This document shows, piece after piece, positions 1 through 7,937 of a DNA stretch of 32,000 nt. Below the pieces are notes generated by a model. It was not told the DNA's origin, did no database searches, and saw only the letters and a program-made list of their open reading frames with translations. The stretch's first letter is position 1. The number at the start of each line of letters is the position of its first letter. The DNA comes from Bacillus subtilis subsp. subtilis str. 168 (lineage in GTDB: Bacteria; Bacillota; Bacilli; Bacillales; Bacillaceae), in NCBI RefSeq assembly GCF_000009045.1, contig NC_000964.3, positions 1,410,001 through 1,442,000 of the forward strand, given 5' to 3'. The position numbers and the translations under genes are program-made.

Positions 1-577
1 TGGAATATTTCTAGCGCTCAGCATTGAGTTTATTCCGGCCGAAGTCGTCTTGCCGCTTGCGGGCTATTGGGTATCTAAAGGCGATATGACACTTGCTGGC
101 GTTGTTTTGGCAGGATCGCTTGGAGGAGTGGCCGGTCCGCTTACGCTGTATTGGATAGGCCGGTACGGAGGAAGGCCGTTTCTTGAACGTTTTGGGAAGT
201 ATCTCTTTATTAAACCTGAAGCGCTTGATAAGTCAGATAATTTTTTCAAAAAACATGGGGGCTTTGTCGCCTTCAGCGGCCGTTTCTTGCCTGGTATCAG
301 GACATTGATTTCCATACCGTGCGGAATTGCAAAAATGAATGTTTGGGTGTTTTCGCTTTATACATTCATTGCTATGCTTCCGATTACATTTGTATATGTT
401 TATCTCGGTGTGAAGCTCGGTGAAAATTGGAAGGCAGTCGGCTCTATTCTTGATCAATATATGCTTCCGATCGGGATAGCGATTTTGGCGCTGTTCCTGC
501 TCTACTTACTGATGAAAAAGAGGAAGAAACGCACGCACTCCGAACAATTATCTGTATTTTTGAAAAATAAACGTTGA
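1..577 (+). CDS. ykoX: DedA-family integral membrane protein, 5'-truncated by the window edge. The frame is open from nt 2 (GIFLALSIEFIPAEVVLPLAGYW...), so the TTG at 50 in the track is not the real start.
   Basis: Open frame from the window edge. DedA-type motif IPAEVVLPLAGY, G-rich loop RYGGRPFLERFG, several hydrophobic helices and a basic C-terminal tail. Synteny with the ykoY leader directly downstream. Confidence 0.85.
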   Translation, partial: GIFLALSIEFIPAEVVLPLAGYWVSKGDMTLAGVVLAGSLGGVAGPLTLYWIGRYGGRPFLERFGKYLFIKPEALDKSDNFFKKHGGFVAFSGRFLPGIRTLISIPCGIAKMNVWVFSLYTFIAMLPITFVYVYLGVKLGENWKAVGSILDQYMLPIGIAILALFLLYLLMKKRKKRTHSEQLSVFLKNKR

Positions 578-601
578 CAAATCACTGCGCTGCGCATATT
601 A

Positions 602-630
602 TTGACGTATAAAATCATATTTCTTGAAAT
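602..630 (+). promoter_or_regulatory. Candidate sigma-A promoter of the ykoY leader (TTGACG, 17-nt spacer, TGAAAT).
   Basis: TTGACG at 602-607 and TGAAAT at 625-630, just upstream of the riboswitch 5' end. The -10 matches only 4/6. Confidence 0.4.
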
Positions 631-633
631 CCC

Positions 634-766
634 AAAGGGGAGTAGCGTCCGGAATGTATTCCGGAAACAAAGTCGTCATTTCATGGATTGTATCCATCGG
701 CTTTGTTGGCATGCCTGAATTCATGTCTAGCAAGACCTTTGCCTTATGTCGGCAAAGGTCTTTTTT
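634..766 (+). promoter_or_regulatory. yybP-ykoY (Mn2+) riboswitch with its intrinsic terminator.
   Basis: Leader starts with the conserved AAAGGGGAGTAGC. It ends in the hairpin AAGACCTTTGCC-ttatgtc-GGCAAAGGTCTT (732-762) followed by T6. It lies directly upstream of a TerC-family gene. This is the locus the motif is named after. Confidence 0.85.
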
Positions 767-833
767 GCATGGTCCGGCCGGCATAAGATCGGATGAAGAG
801 AAAGAAAACAACTTTTTTGGGAGGGTATCATTT

Positions 834-1628
834 ATGGATGCAGCATTATTATTAGAGTATGGTTGGGTTCTTCTCGTCTTGATCGGGCTGGAAGGGATTT
901 TAGCCGCCGATAACGCGCTGGTTATGGCGGTAATGGTAAAACATTTGCCGGAGGAAAAAAGAAAAAAAGCGTTATTTTATGGATTGGCAGGGGCTTTTGT
1001 TCTGCGATTTGGCTCTTTATTTGCAATTTCTTTCTTGGTCAACGTATGGCAGGTTCAAGCGATTGGCGCGATCTATTTGCTGTATATCTCAGCAAGCCAC
1101 TTATTGAAAAGATATGTATTTAAGAAAGAAGACACACATAAAGAGACGAAGCAAAGCGGTTTTTGGCCGACTGTTTTAAAAGTTGAACTGGCAGATATCG
1201 CGTTTGCTGTTGATTCCATCTTAGCAGCAGTAGCGCTGGCGGTTACACTTCCTGGGACATCACTCCCGAAGATCGGCGGACTTGACGGAGGACAATTTCT
1301 CGTCATTTTGGCCGGCGGTATCATCGGACTGGTGATCATGCGGTTTGCGGCTTCCATGTTTGTGAAGTTATTAAAGGAACGTCCAAGCCTAGAAACAGCA
1401 GCCTTTGTGATTGTCGGCTGGGTCGGAGTGAAGCTTGCTTTATATACGCTTGCCCATCGCGACATAGCGGTTGTTTCTGAGCACTTTATCCATTCTGGAA
1501 CATGGAAGCTGATATTCTGGGGTGTCTTAGCAGCAATCGCGGTTTGCGGCTGGTTTATGTCAGGTGGGAAAAAACAGCCGGAGGGTGCACAAAACGAACA
1601 AAAAAACAGCACCCGTGAACGGGCGTAA
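834..1628 (+). CDS. ykoY: TerC-family membrane protein (Mn2+ efflux/metalation). The true start is ATG 834; the track ORF from 624 reads through the riboswitch.
   Basis: GGGAGGG SD at 820-826, 7 nt before ATG 834 (MDAALLLEYGW...). Multi-pass hydrophobic protein with the TerC-type DNALV motif. Confidence 0.9.
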   Translation: MDAALLLEYGWVLLVLIGLEGILAADNALVMAVMVKHLPEEKRKKALFYGLAGAFVLRFGSLFAISFLVNVWQVQAIGAIYLLYISASHLLKRYVFKKEDTHKETKQSGFWPTVLKVELADIAFAVDSILAAVALAVTLPGTSLPKIGGLDGGQFLVILAGGIIGLVIMRFAASMFVKLLKERPSLETAAFVIVGWVGVKLALYTLAHRDIAVVSEHFIHSGTWKLIFWGVLAAIAVCGWFMSGGKKQPEGAQNEQKNSTRERA

Positions 1629-1632
1629 TCTG

Positions 1633-1668
1633 AAAGACTCTGCTTAAAAGCAGAGTCTTTTTGTGTTT
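1633..1668 (+). terminator. Intrinsic terminator of ykoY.
   Basis: AAAGACTCTGC-ttaaaa-GCAGAGTCTTT followed by TTGTGTTT. Confidence 0.8.
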
Positions 1669-1703
1669 GAAGCGTTTTCATAAGCGAAATAAAATAACAT
1701 TTT

Positions 1704-1720
1704 TATAACATCTTTGTTAC
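1704..1720 (+). promoter_or_regulatory. WalR-like direct repeat (TATAAC-N5-TGTTAC) upstream of sigI.
   Basis: Matches TGTWAH-N5-TGTWAH with one mismatch, about 18 bp upstream of the sigma-I -35. As I recall, sigI is reported to be WalR-controlled. Confidence 0.35.
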
Positions 1721-1737
1721 AAAAAACACGCATAAAA

Positions 1738-1765
1738 CCCCCTTAATTCTTTAGAAAGGCACGAA
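1738..1765 (+). promoter_or_regulatory. Sigma-I-type autoregulated promoter of sigI-rsgI.
   Basis: A-tract plus CCCCC (1738-1742) as the -35, and CGAA (1762-1765) as the -10, with a 19-nt gap. This is the hallmark sigma-I promoter architecture. Confidence 0.6.
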
Positions 1766-1891
1766 ATCATGTATAGAACGTCAGAATGGTTTGTCATAAT
1801 TGAGACATTGGAAATCAATATTTCTTTTTCTCCTTTGCGAATCCCTATCAAATTAGCTATCATTAATGAGTAGTTATAGGGAGGAACTGAG

Positions 1892-2647
1892 GTGAAACCA
1901 GTGCTTAGCCTTTTGTTTAAATTGGGAAAAAAGAAGCAAACACTTGAAAAAGCTGTTGAGAGTATACAAAAAGGCAATAAAGATCTGCAAAATGAATTAA
2001 TACAGCAATATAAGCCATTTATCGCAAAGACGGTTTCATCCGTTTGTAAACGATATATAGATGAAAAAGACGATGAGTTCAGTATTGGACTGATCGCGTT
2101 TAATGAAGCTATAGAAAAATATTCACCTGAAAAAGGAAATTCTCTGCTCGCATTTGCTGAGCTTATTATAAAAAGAAAAGTCATTGATTACATTAGAAAA
2201 GAAGCCAGAAGCGCACAAAATATAAATATCGATTTACAGGAAGGAGACGATCAGGAGTCATCACAAAGCCTGATTGAAGCCGAGCTTTCCATTGATGAAT
2301 ACCGCCGTCAGATTGAACAGGAGCAGAGGCGGGAGGAAATCCTCTATTTTCAAAAGCAGCTCAAGGATTATGGTTTATCGTTTAAAGAACTGCTTGAAAA
2401 TTCTCCAAAACACACGGATGCAAGGCAAAACGCCATAAAGGTGGCAATGACGCTTGTTGAACATGAAGAATTGGCCGCTATCCTGTATACAAAGAAGCAG
2501 CTTCCGGTCAAACAGCTTGAACAGCTTGTCTCTGTAAGCCGAAAAACGATTGAGAGAAACAGAAAATATATTATTGCGATGTGTATTATCATTACGGGTG
2601 ATTATATTTATTTAAAAGATTATCTTAAAGGGGTGCTGCACTCATGA
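1892..2647 (+). CDS. sigI: Alternative (heat/envelope stress) sigma factor SigI, GTG start.
   Basis: GGGAGG SD 7 nt upstream of GTG 1892. 251 aa with sigma-70 region 2 and region 4 like segments. 4-nt ATGA overlap with the downstream anti-sigma gene. Confidence 0.95.
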   Translation: MKPVLSLLFKLGKKKQTLEKAVESIQKGNKDLQNELIQQYKPFIAKTVSSVCKRYIDEKDDEFSIGLIAFNEAIEKYSPEKGNSLLAFAELIIKRKVIDYIRKEARSAQNINIDLQEGDDQESSQSLIEAELSIDEYRRQIEQEQRREEILYFQKQLKDYGLSFKELLENSPKHTDARQNAIKVAMTLVEHEELAAILYTKKQLPVKQLEQLVSVSRKTIERNRKYIIAMCIIITGDYIYLKDYLKGVLHS

Positions 2648-3789
2648 GAAGAGGGATTATAGTAGAGAAAAATAAAAAATTCGTCACGTTGCTGACCCCT
2701 GACGGACAATTTTTAAAAGCCAAAAATGATCGACACAGCTATGAAATCGGAGAAGAAATCATGCTTCCGAGTGAAACACGCATGGGCAGAAGGGCCAGCT
2801 TTTTTGATTTTTTTAAACTGCGCCCTTTCAAAATGGGGATTTTTACGATGACTGCTATTATGCTCTTTATTTTTATAGTTCTCCCCGTTTTTTCTAATAA
2901 TAAGGCCTATGCGTATATGACAATCGATATCAATCCAAGCGTCGAAATGGCGTTAAACAGCGATTATGAAGTGATTGAACTGACGCCTCTAAACGATGAG
3001 GGACAGAAAGTCGTGAATGATATAGATGATTGGGAGAAGACTGATTTTAAAAAGGTGATTGACGATATTATAACCGACTGCAGTGAACACGGGTATGTAA
3101 AAAAATCGAAAGAAATATTGATTTCCACTGTTTATGAAAACACAGAAGACAATACATATAAAAAGGCTGTGAAAAAACAGCTGAATGATGTGACTGAAAA
3201 ATATAAAACGACATACCGCATGGAATCTCTCGAGTCAGATATGCAAACGAGGGAAAAAGCGAAGAAAGAAGGCGTCTCAACAGGCAGCTACATCAAATCA
3301 AATGAAAAGAATGACAATAAAGATATAAAAGATGACTCCAGCAAACCATCCGGGGAAGAGGATCAAAAGAGTGATGAAAATGAGGATGAAAACACCGATC
3401 AAACTGACACCCAGGACAGCAAGCAAGGAGATAATGAACAGCTGAATGATGCGGATTCCGGAGACCAGAAAGAAGAGAAAGCGGATGACCAGATTGATGA
3501 TAGTGACAAAGATAAAAAAATAAAGGAATCAGATGAAAACACAAATACCGAAAAAGATGGGGACCATGAGCAAACCCCAATACAAGATCCTCAAGATAAA
3601 GGAAATGAAAATAACGGCGCTGACAAGGGCCAAAGCCAATATCACAGGGACTGGAACAATGGTGAACAAGGCAAGAACCGTTCTTCGTCCAGAAGGGATA
3701 ACGCTTCAGACCGACGTAATCCAAACGGCTACAGCAGTGATAATCATTCAGCTAAAAATGAAGATTCGCCGAGTGCCCCCGGCGAATAA
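2644..3789 (+). CDS. rsgI: Anti-sigma-I factor RsgI. It has an N-terminal cytoplasmic RsgI_N domain, one TM helix, and an extracytoplasmic part ending in a long D/E/K/N/Q/S-rich low-complexity tail.
   Basis: N-terminus RRGIIVEKNKKFVTLLTPDGQFLK. TM segment MGIFTMTAIMLFIFIVLPVF. Translationally coupled to sigI. Confidence 0.95.
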   Translation: MRRGIIVEKNKKFVTLLTPDGQFLKAKNDRHSYEIGEEIMLPSETRMGRRASFFDFFKLRPFKMGIFTMTAIMLFIFIVLPVFSNNKAYAYMTIDINPSVEMALNSDYEVIELTPLNDEGQKVVNDIDDWEKTDFKKVIDDIITDCSEHGYVKKSKEILISTVYENTEDNTYKKAVKKQLNDVTEKYKTTYRMESLESDMQTREKAKKEGVSTGSYIKSNEKNDNKDIKDDSSKPSGEEDQKSDENEDENTDQTDTQDSKQGDNEQLNDADSGDQKEEKADDQIDDSDKDKKIKESDENTNTEKDGDHEQTPIQDPQDKGNENNGADKGQSQYHRDWNNGEQGKNRSSSRRDNASDRRNPNGYSSDNHSAKNEDSPSAPGE

Positions 3790-3799
3790 AGACCTGAAT

Positions 3800-3994
3800 T
3801 TATTTAGTTGTGCCATTTAATTGTGATTGTGCTTGCTGTACCAGCCGCTTTGTCATTTCTCCGCCTACAGAGCCGTTAGCGCGTGCGACTGTATCAGAAC
3901 CAAGGTTCACACCGAATTCTTGAGCCACTTCGAGTTTAAATTGGTCTAGTGCCTGCTCCACCCCTGGAACAACGAGTTTATTTCTGCTCGCCAT
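3800..3994 (-). CDS. sspD: Alpha/beta-type small acid-soluble spore protein D (64 aa; start at MASRNK, not the MKK extension).
   Basis: SASP signature EVAQEFGV...[16 protein letters not shown] 9 nt before ATG at 3994. Confidence 0.9.
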   Translation of the reverse strand: MASRNKLVVPGVEQALDQFKLEVAQEFGVNLGSDTVARANGSVGGEMTKRLVQQAQSQLNGTTK

Positions 3995-4038
3995 CTTTTT
4001 CATCTCCTTTTTCGATAAAGAAATTCTTAACGCGTATT

Positions 4039-4068
4039 TAGTTTGAAATATACGGGGTTTATTTATGC
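4039..4068 (-). promoter_or_regulatory. Forespore sigma-G-type promoter of sspD.
   Basis: On the minus strand, GCATA-N18-CAAACTA (consensus GHATR-N17/18-CATNNTA), about 40 nt upstream of the sspD SD. Confidence 0.55.
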
Positions 4069-4085
4069 TGGCAATTGTTGTGGAG

Positions 4086-4115
4086 AAAAATAAAACCCCG
4101 GCCTCTGAGCCGGGG
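4086..4115 (-). terminator. Intrinsic terminator of ykrK.
   Basis: Minus strand CCCCGGC-tcagag-GCCGGGG followed by TTTTATTTTT. No T-tract on the plus side. Confidence 0.8.
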
Positions 4116-4124
4116 TGGCGCAGA

Positions 4125-4826
4125 CTATAGAATGTCTGCTGTCATTTTATGTGCGGTTGCCTGAATATGGAATGTCAAAATGGAGAGGACTGTAATGGCG
4201 ATAATCTGTCTGATTTTAAGCCATTGGCTGTCATTCAGTTCTTCAAAACGGTGACGGAGACGCTCTGTCTCCTGTTCGGCGATCTCCTGCAGATTTGATT
4301 CTTTCATAGAAGGAGTATCTTGGTGATGGATGGCATCAAGCACATATGCGCAGCTTTCATAATAAGCAATCGGGCTGATGACATCATCAGATCTGTCTGA
4401 GATTGTGTTAAAGGCCACTTTTAAAATAGCCCGTATGTGTTCAAAGTCATAAATGGATTTTAAATCACGTACAATTAAAAGAATAACTGCCTGTTCAATT
4501 GAGTATTTTTTGCCCAGCTCAGGGTGTCCGATCAGATCTTTGATATCACGCTTTACCCAGTTTTGAATCGCGGTTGACTTTAACGAAGTCAGCTCGCATA
4601 AGTTGCCAAGCTCTACGATTTCATTTGTAGACAGACCGTATTCTTTTTTCTGTTTTTTTCGTTCGTATCTTGTAAGAAATTCAGGAATTTCTAGATGATT
4701 GGCTGCTTTTTCTGCTGACATGTTCGCTGATTGGACGAGAATGTCGAGCGGGCTATGTTCTCCTTGTCCTTTTAGGGAATAGAGCAGCCGCACCATATCG
4801 GTTCGAGAGAGTTTAAAAATGTTCAT
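4125..4826 (-). CDS. ykrK: DUF1836-type transcriptional regulator, repressor of htpX.
   Basis: 233-aa ORF divergent from htpX. SD AAAGAGGTGA before the ATG. Identified from sequence and synteny memory. Confidence 0.9.
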   Translation of the reverse strand: MNIFKLSRTDMVRLLYSLKGQGEHSPLDILVQSANMSAEKAANHLEIPEFLTRYERKKQKKEYGLSTNEIVELGNLCELTSLKSTAIQNWVKRDIKDLIGHPELGKKYSIEQAVILLIVRDLKSIYDFEHIRAILKVAFNTISDRSDDVISPIAYYESCAYVLDAIHHQDTPSMKESNLQEIAEQETERLRHRFEELNDSQWLKIRQIIAITVLSILTFHIQATAHKMTADIL

Positions 4827-4924
4827 TGTTCACCTCTTTAAACAATTTGACGCGGATATAGGTCTATGTATAAGTTCAAAATTCAAGCGTCAGCAAATTA
4901 CATTAACATCATACGTCGAATTCC

Positions 4925-4952
4925 TTGCATTTTCAAATGGATGTTTTATAAT
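4925..4952 (+). promoter_or_regulatory. Candidate sigma-A promoter of htpX (TTGCAT-N16-TATAAT).
   Basis: TTGCAT at 4925-4930 and TATAAT at 4947-4952, 45 nt upstream of the htpX ATG. Confidence 0.5.
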
Positions 4953-4996
4953 TTAAATATACGGGTTCTTTTGAACTTAAAATAACGGAGGTTGTT

Positions 4997-5893
4997 ATGG
5001 CGAAAAGAATTTTTCTGTTTATTCTAACGAATATTTTGGTGCTTACAACAATCGGGATCGTTTTGTCTGTTTTAAGCTCTGTTACAGGAGTCGGGACGTA
5101 CTTTACAGCTGATGGCGGTATCGATCCAATGGCGCTTCTTGTGTTCAGTTTAGTCGTTGGATTTGTCGGTTCCTTTACGTCTCTTGCGATATCCAGATGG
5201 ATGGCAAAGACGATGATGGGCGTCAGAGTGCTGAATCCGAAAAAACACTCGCTCAGCTATGAGGAACAGCAATTGGTTGATCGTGTTCACAGATTAAGCC
5301 GCTCTGCCGGTTTAACGAAAATGCCGGAAGTCGGGATTTACCGTTCACCTGAAGTAAACGCGTTTGCGACTGGACCGTCAAAACGCCGTTCACTTGTCGC
5401 AGTATCGTCAGGGCTGCTGGAGCAGATGGATGACGCAGCAGTTGAAGGTGTGCTTGCCCACGAGGTCGCGCATATCACAAATGGTGATATGGTAACAATG
5501 ACGCTTTTACAAGGTATCGTTAATACCTTTGTCGTCTTTTTATCGCGTATCGCCGCTTGGATAGCAAGCCGTTTTGTCAAAGAAGATCTAGCGCCGATCG
5601 TTCATTTTATTGCAATGATTATTTTTCAGATTGTCTTTTCGATACTTGGCAGCCTGGTTGTGTTTGCGTATTCACGCCATCGTGAATTCCATGCTGACAG
5701 GGGAGGAGCGGATCTTGCCGGCAAGGACAAGATGATTCATGCGCTGCGGACGCTTAAAAGCTATTCTTCCCGGATTTTGGAAGACGATCAGACAGCTGTC
5801 CAAACGTTAAAGATTAATGGCAAGAAGCGCTCTTCACTTTTCTCTACTCATCCTGATTTAGATGAGCGAATCAGACGGCTGGAAGCTAAATAA
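4997..5893 (+). CDS. htpX: Membrane Zn-metalloprotease HtpX (M48 family).
   Basis: HEVAH zinc motif ([12 protein letters not shown]), N-terminal TM helices, SD ACGGAGG. Confidence 0.95.
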   Translation: MAKRIFLFILTNILVLTTIGIVLSVLSSVTGVGTYFTADGGIDPMALLVFSLVVGFVGSFTSLAISRWMAKTMMGVRVLNPKKHSLSYEEQQLVDRVHRLSRSAGLTKMPEVGIYRSPEVNAFATGPSKRRSLVAVSSGLLEQMDDAAVEGVLAHEVAHITNGDMVTMTLLQGIVNTFVVFLSRIAAWIASRFVKEDLAPIVHFIAMIIFQIVFSILGSLVVFAYSRHREFHADRGGADLAGKDKMIHALRTLKSYSSRILEDDQTAVQTLKINGKKRSSLFSTHPDLDERIRRLEAK

Positions 5894-5908
5894 TACAAAC
5901 ACATTGTT

Positions 5909-5936
5909 CCTCTGAGAGAATTCTCAGAGGTTTTTT
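5909..5936 (+). terminator. Intrinsic terminator of htpX.
   Basis: CCTCTGAGA-gaat-TCTCAGAGG followed by T6. Confidence 0.8.
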
Positions 5937-6066
5937 ATTTTATCCATTGACTAAAATCATAAAAAAATAAGCAAGTTAAGAAAATGTTTCGTAAAAGCCT
6001 TTAAAAATGGACCTAATATCTTTAGAATAATTACCGTACTTAAAAAGAGAGGCAGAAGGATTTTAC

Positions 6067-7416
6067 ATGAGATTAAAGTTTGGAAAATTGATACAGGCCT
6101 TGTCACCGGCCCAGCTGATCGCATTATATTATTTTCTTGCAGTTACTGTGGCCGTTATATTGCTGAGTTTGCCGGCGGCCCATAAACCGGGGGCGGATTG
6201 GACGTTTATTGATGCGCTTTTTACAGCTGTCAGTTCAGTCAGTGTAACGGGGCTGACAGTTGTTGATACAGCTGATACATTCAGCACAATAGGGATTTTT
6301 ATATTAGCATTTGTTCTGCAATTTGGCGGAATCGGAATTATGACGCTCGGAACGTTCATTTGGCTGATCATGGGAAAACGAATCGGGCTGAAAGAACGGA
6401 AGCTGATTATGGTTGATCAAAACCAATCCCAGTTTTCAGGAATTGTCAATCTGATGAAGCAGGTACTGTTTCTGATCTTGTGGATTGAATTTTTTGGCGG
6501 GCTGATACTCGGCACATATTTCTTAACCTACTATGACTCCTATCAGGAAGCCTATTTACACGGATTTTTTGCCAGTATCAGTGCAACGACAAACGGCGGA
6601 TTTGATATTACCGGTAATTCGATGATTCCATTTCGCCACGATTACTTTGTGCAGTTTATTACAATGCTTTTAATTATATTTGGAGCGATTGGATTTCCCG
6701 TGCTTGTTGAAGTAAAGGATTTCCTGTTTTCAAAGCATCGGCGTTATCCATTTACGCTTTTTACAAAGATCACGACGATTACGTTCGGCTCACTTGTCTT
6801 GTTTGGAGCCATTGGCATCTTTGCCCTGGAAGCAAACCATGCGTTCGCAGGAAAATCATGGCATGATATTTTGTTTTTGTCCCTGTTTCAATCAACGGCA
6901 ACCCGAAGCGGGGGGCTGGCAACAATCGATATCAGCCAATTATCAGATTCCACACTCTTTTTTATTTGTGCGCTGATGTTTATTGGAGCGTCGCCAAGCT
7001 CAGTCGGGGGAGGCATAAGGACAACGACTTTTGCTTTGAACCTTCTTGCGCTGTTTCATTTTGCCCGCGGCAATAAGGCCGTAAAGGTATTCAAACGGGA
7101 GCTTCACCCTGCTGACTTGATGAAGTCGCTTGTTGTCACGATGATGGCGATCCTGCTCGTTTTTGGCGCGACACTCATTCTGACCATTACAGAAAAACAT
7201 TCCCTGCTGGAGCTTTTGTTTGAAGTGTGCTCGGCATTCGGTACAACCGGCCTATCGCTTGGAATTACGGCAGATTTGAGCAGTGTTGGAAAATGCGTCA
7301 TTATGATTGTCATGTTTATCGGGCGAATCGGCATCTTGACCTTCCTGTATCTGATCGGAAGAAAGGAAATTGAAGCGAATTATCACTATCCGAAGGAAAG
7401 AGTGATTATCGGATAG
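6067..7416 (+). CDS. ktrD: TrkH/KtrB-family K+ transporter membrane subunit KtrD.
   Basis: 449-aa polytopic protein with repeated selectivity-filter-like segments (SVTGLT, TTNGGF, TRSGGL, GTTGLS). Confidence 0.95.
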   Translation: MRLKFGKLIQALSPAQLIALYYFLAVTVAVILLSLPAAHKPGADWTFIDALFTAVSSVSVTGLTVVDTADTFSTIGIFILAFVLQFGGIGIMTLGTFIWLIMGKRIGLKERKLIMVDQNQSQFSGIVNLMKQVLFLILWIEFFGGLILGTYFLTYYDSYQEAYLHGFFASISATTNGGFDITGNSMIPFRHDYFVQFITMLLIIFGAIGFPVLVEVKDFLFSKHRRYPFTLFTKITTITFGSLVLFGAIGIFALEANHAFAGKSWHDILFLSLFQSTATRSGGLATIDISQLSDSTLFFICALMFIGASPSSVGGGIRTTTFALNLLALFHFARGNKAVKVFKRELHPADLMKSLVVTMMAILLVFGATLILTITEKHSLLELLFEVCSAFGTTGLSLGITADLSSVGKCVIMIVMFIGRIGILTFLYLIGRKEIEANYHYPKERVIIG

Positions 7417-7418
7417 GC

Positions 7419-7447
7419 AAAACACCGCATATTTTGCGGTGTTTTTT
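7419..7447 (+). terminator. Intrinsic terminator of ktrD.
   Basis: AAACACCGCA-tatt-TTGCGGTGTTT followed by a T-run. Confidence 0.8.
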
Positions 7448-7560
7448 GATTACCAAAAAAAAGATGTGTGCCTCCTGTTCAGTTGGAGAACCTAACTCCG
7501 ACAGGTGCAATTTACGCTCCTGCATCTTAAAATGTCTGAAAATTGGCGAGGAGGATTCGT

Positions 7561-7716
7561 ATGAAGCGTAAAGCTGAAGTGAATGAAGCCATTAAAAATA
7601 ACAATACACCTACCGAGAGCATGGACCCCAATTCATATAAGACACAATATCATGACGACCCCAATTTTAGAGGGGCAAACCGCAATTCCAAACAGGGCCA
7701 GCAGGGAGGCATGTAA
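7561..7716 (+). CDS. ykzP: 51-aa hydrophilic N/Q/G-rich small protein (MKRKAEVNEAIKNNNTPTESMDPNSYKTQYHDDPNFRGANRNSKQGQQGGM). It is below the ORF-track cutoff. The gene symbol is tentative.
   Basis: Strong SD GAGGAGG 6 nt before ATG 7561. 52 clean codons to TAA 7714-7716. The next ORF's SD lies inside its 3' end. Confidence 0.6.
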   Translation: MKRKAEVNEAIKNNNTPTESMDPNSYKTQYHDDPNFRGANRNSKQGQQGGM

Positions 7717-7718
7717 TT

Positions 7719-7895
7719 GTGAAGAAAAACCGTCATAGCAGAGACATGCAAAATCATAAAAAGCCTATGAATAAAAAGGTGCTGGAGGAAGAATTCTCAA
7801 GTGAACTCGGGGATTACAATGCCGGAAAGATCATCGAAACGCTGGAAGTCACCAAGCCTGAAAAGAAAAAAGAAAAAAACAAAAAACAACAATAA
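7719..7895 (+). CDS. ykzE: 58-aa highly charged small protein with a Lys-rich tail (MKKNRHSRDMQNHKKPMNKKVLEEEFSSELGDYNAGKIIETLEVTKPEKKKEKNKKQQ), GTG start.
   Basis: GGGAGG at 7704-7709, 9 nt before GTG 7719. It starts 2 nt after the upstream stop. A bidirectional terminator follows immediately. Confidence 0.65.
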   Translation: MKKNRHSRDMQNHKKPMNKKVLEEEFSSELGDYNAGKIIETLEVTKPEKKKEKNKKQQ

Positions 7896-7937
7896 AAAAG
7901 ACCTCTTAGGCGGCGTCCCGCTTAAGAGGTGCTTTTT
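7896..7937. terminator. Bidirectional terminator shared by ykzE (+) and ykrP (-).
   Basis: A-run, then CCTCTTAGGCGG-cgt-CCCGCTTAAGAGG (imperfect), then a T-run. Flanked by convergent stop codons. Confidence 0.7.

Noticed and set aside
624-833. 70-codon N-terminal extension of the ykoY ORF in the track.
   Set aside because: It reads straight through the Mn riboswitch and its terminator. There is no SD at 624, whereas ATG 834 has a GGGAGGG SD.
1073-1681. 202-aa ORF antisense to ykoY. Similar long shadow ORFs occur at 1717-2184(-), 3293-3724(-), 12278-12667(+), 14018-14308(+), 25010-25372(+), 25827-26147(+) and 27162-27494(+).
   Set aside because: All lie fully inside well-supported genes on the opposite strand. 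They lack SD sequences. Their S/C/R/F-rich compositions are typical of antisense frames.
3533-3820. 95-aa alternative-frame ORF inside the rsgI low-complexity region.
   Set aside because: It is a product of the repetitive A/G-rich coding sequence. There is no SD, and it overlaps the sspD 3' end.
7464-7571. 35-aa Cys-rich ORF (MCASCSVGEPNSDRCNLRSCILKCLKIGEEDSYEA) in the ykzP leader. It is superficially like a small redox or RiPP-type peptide.
   Set aside because: No SD: the ATG is preceded by CCAAAAAAAAG. It overlaps the ykzP SD and start in another frame. There are no adjacent modification or export genes.
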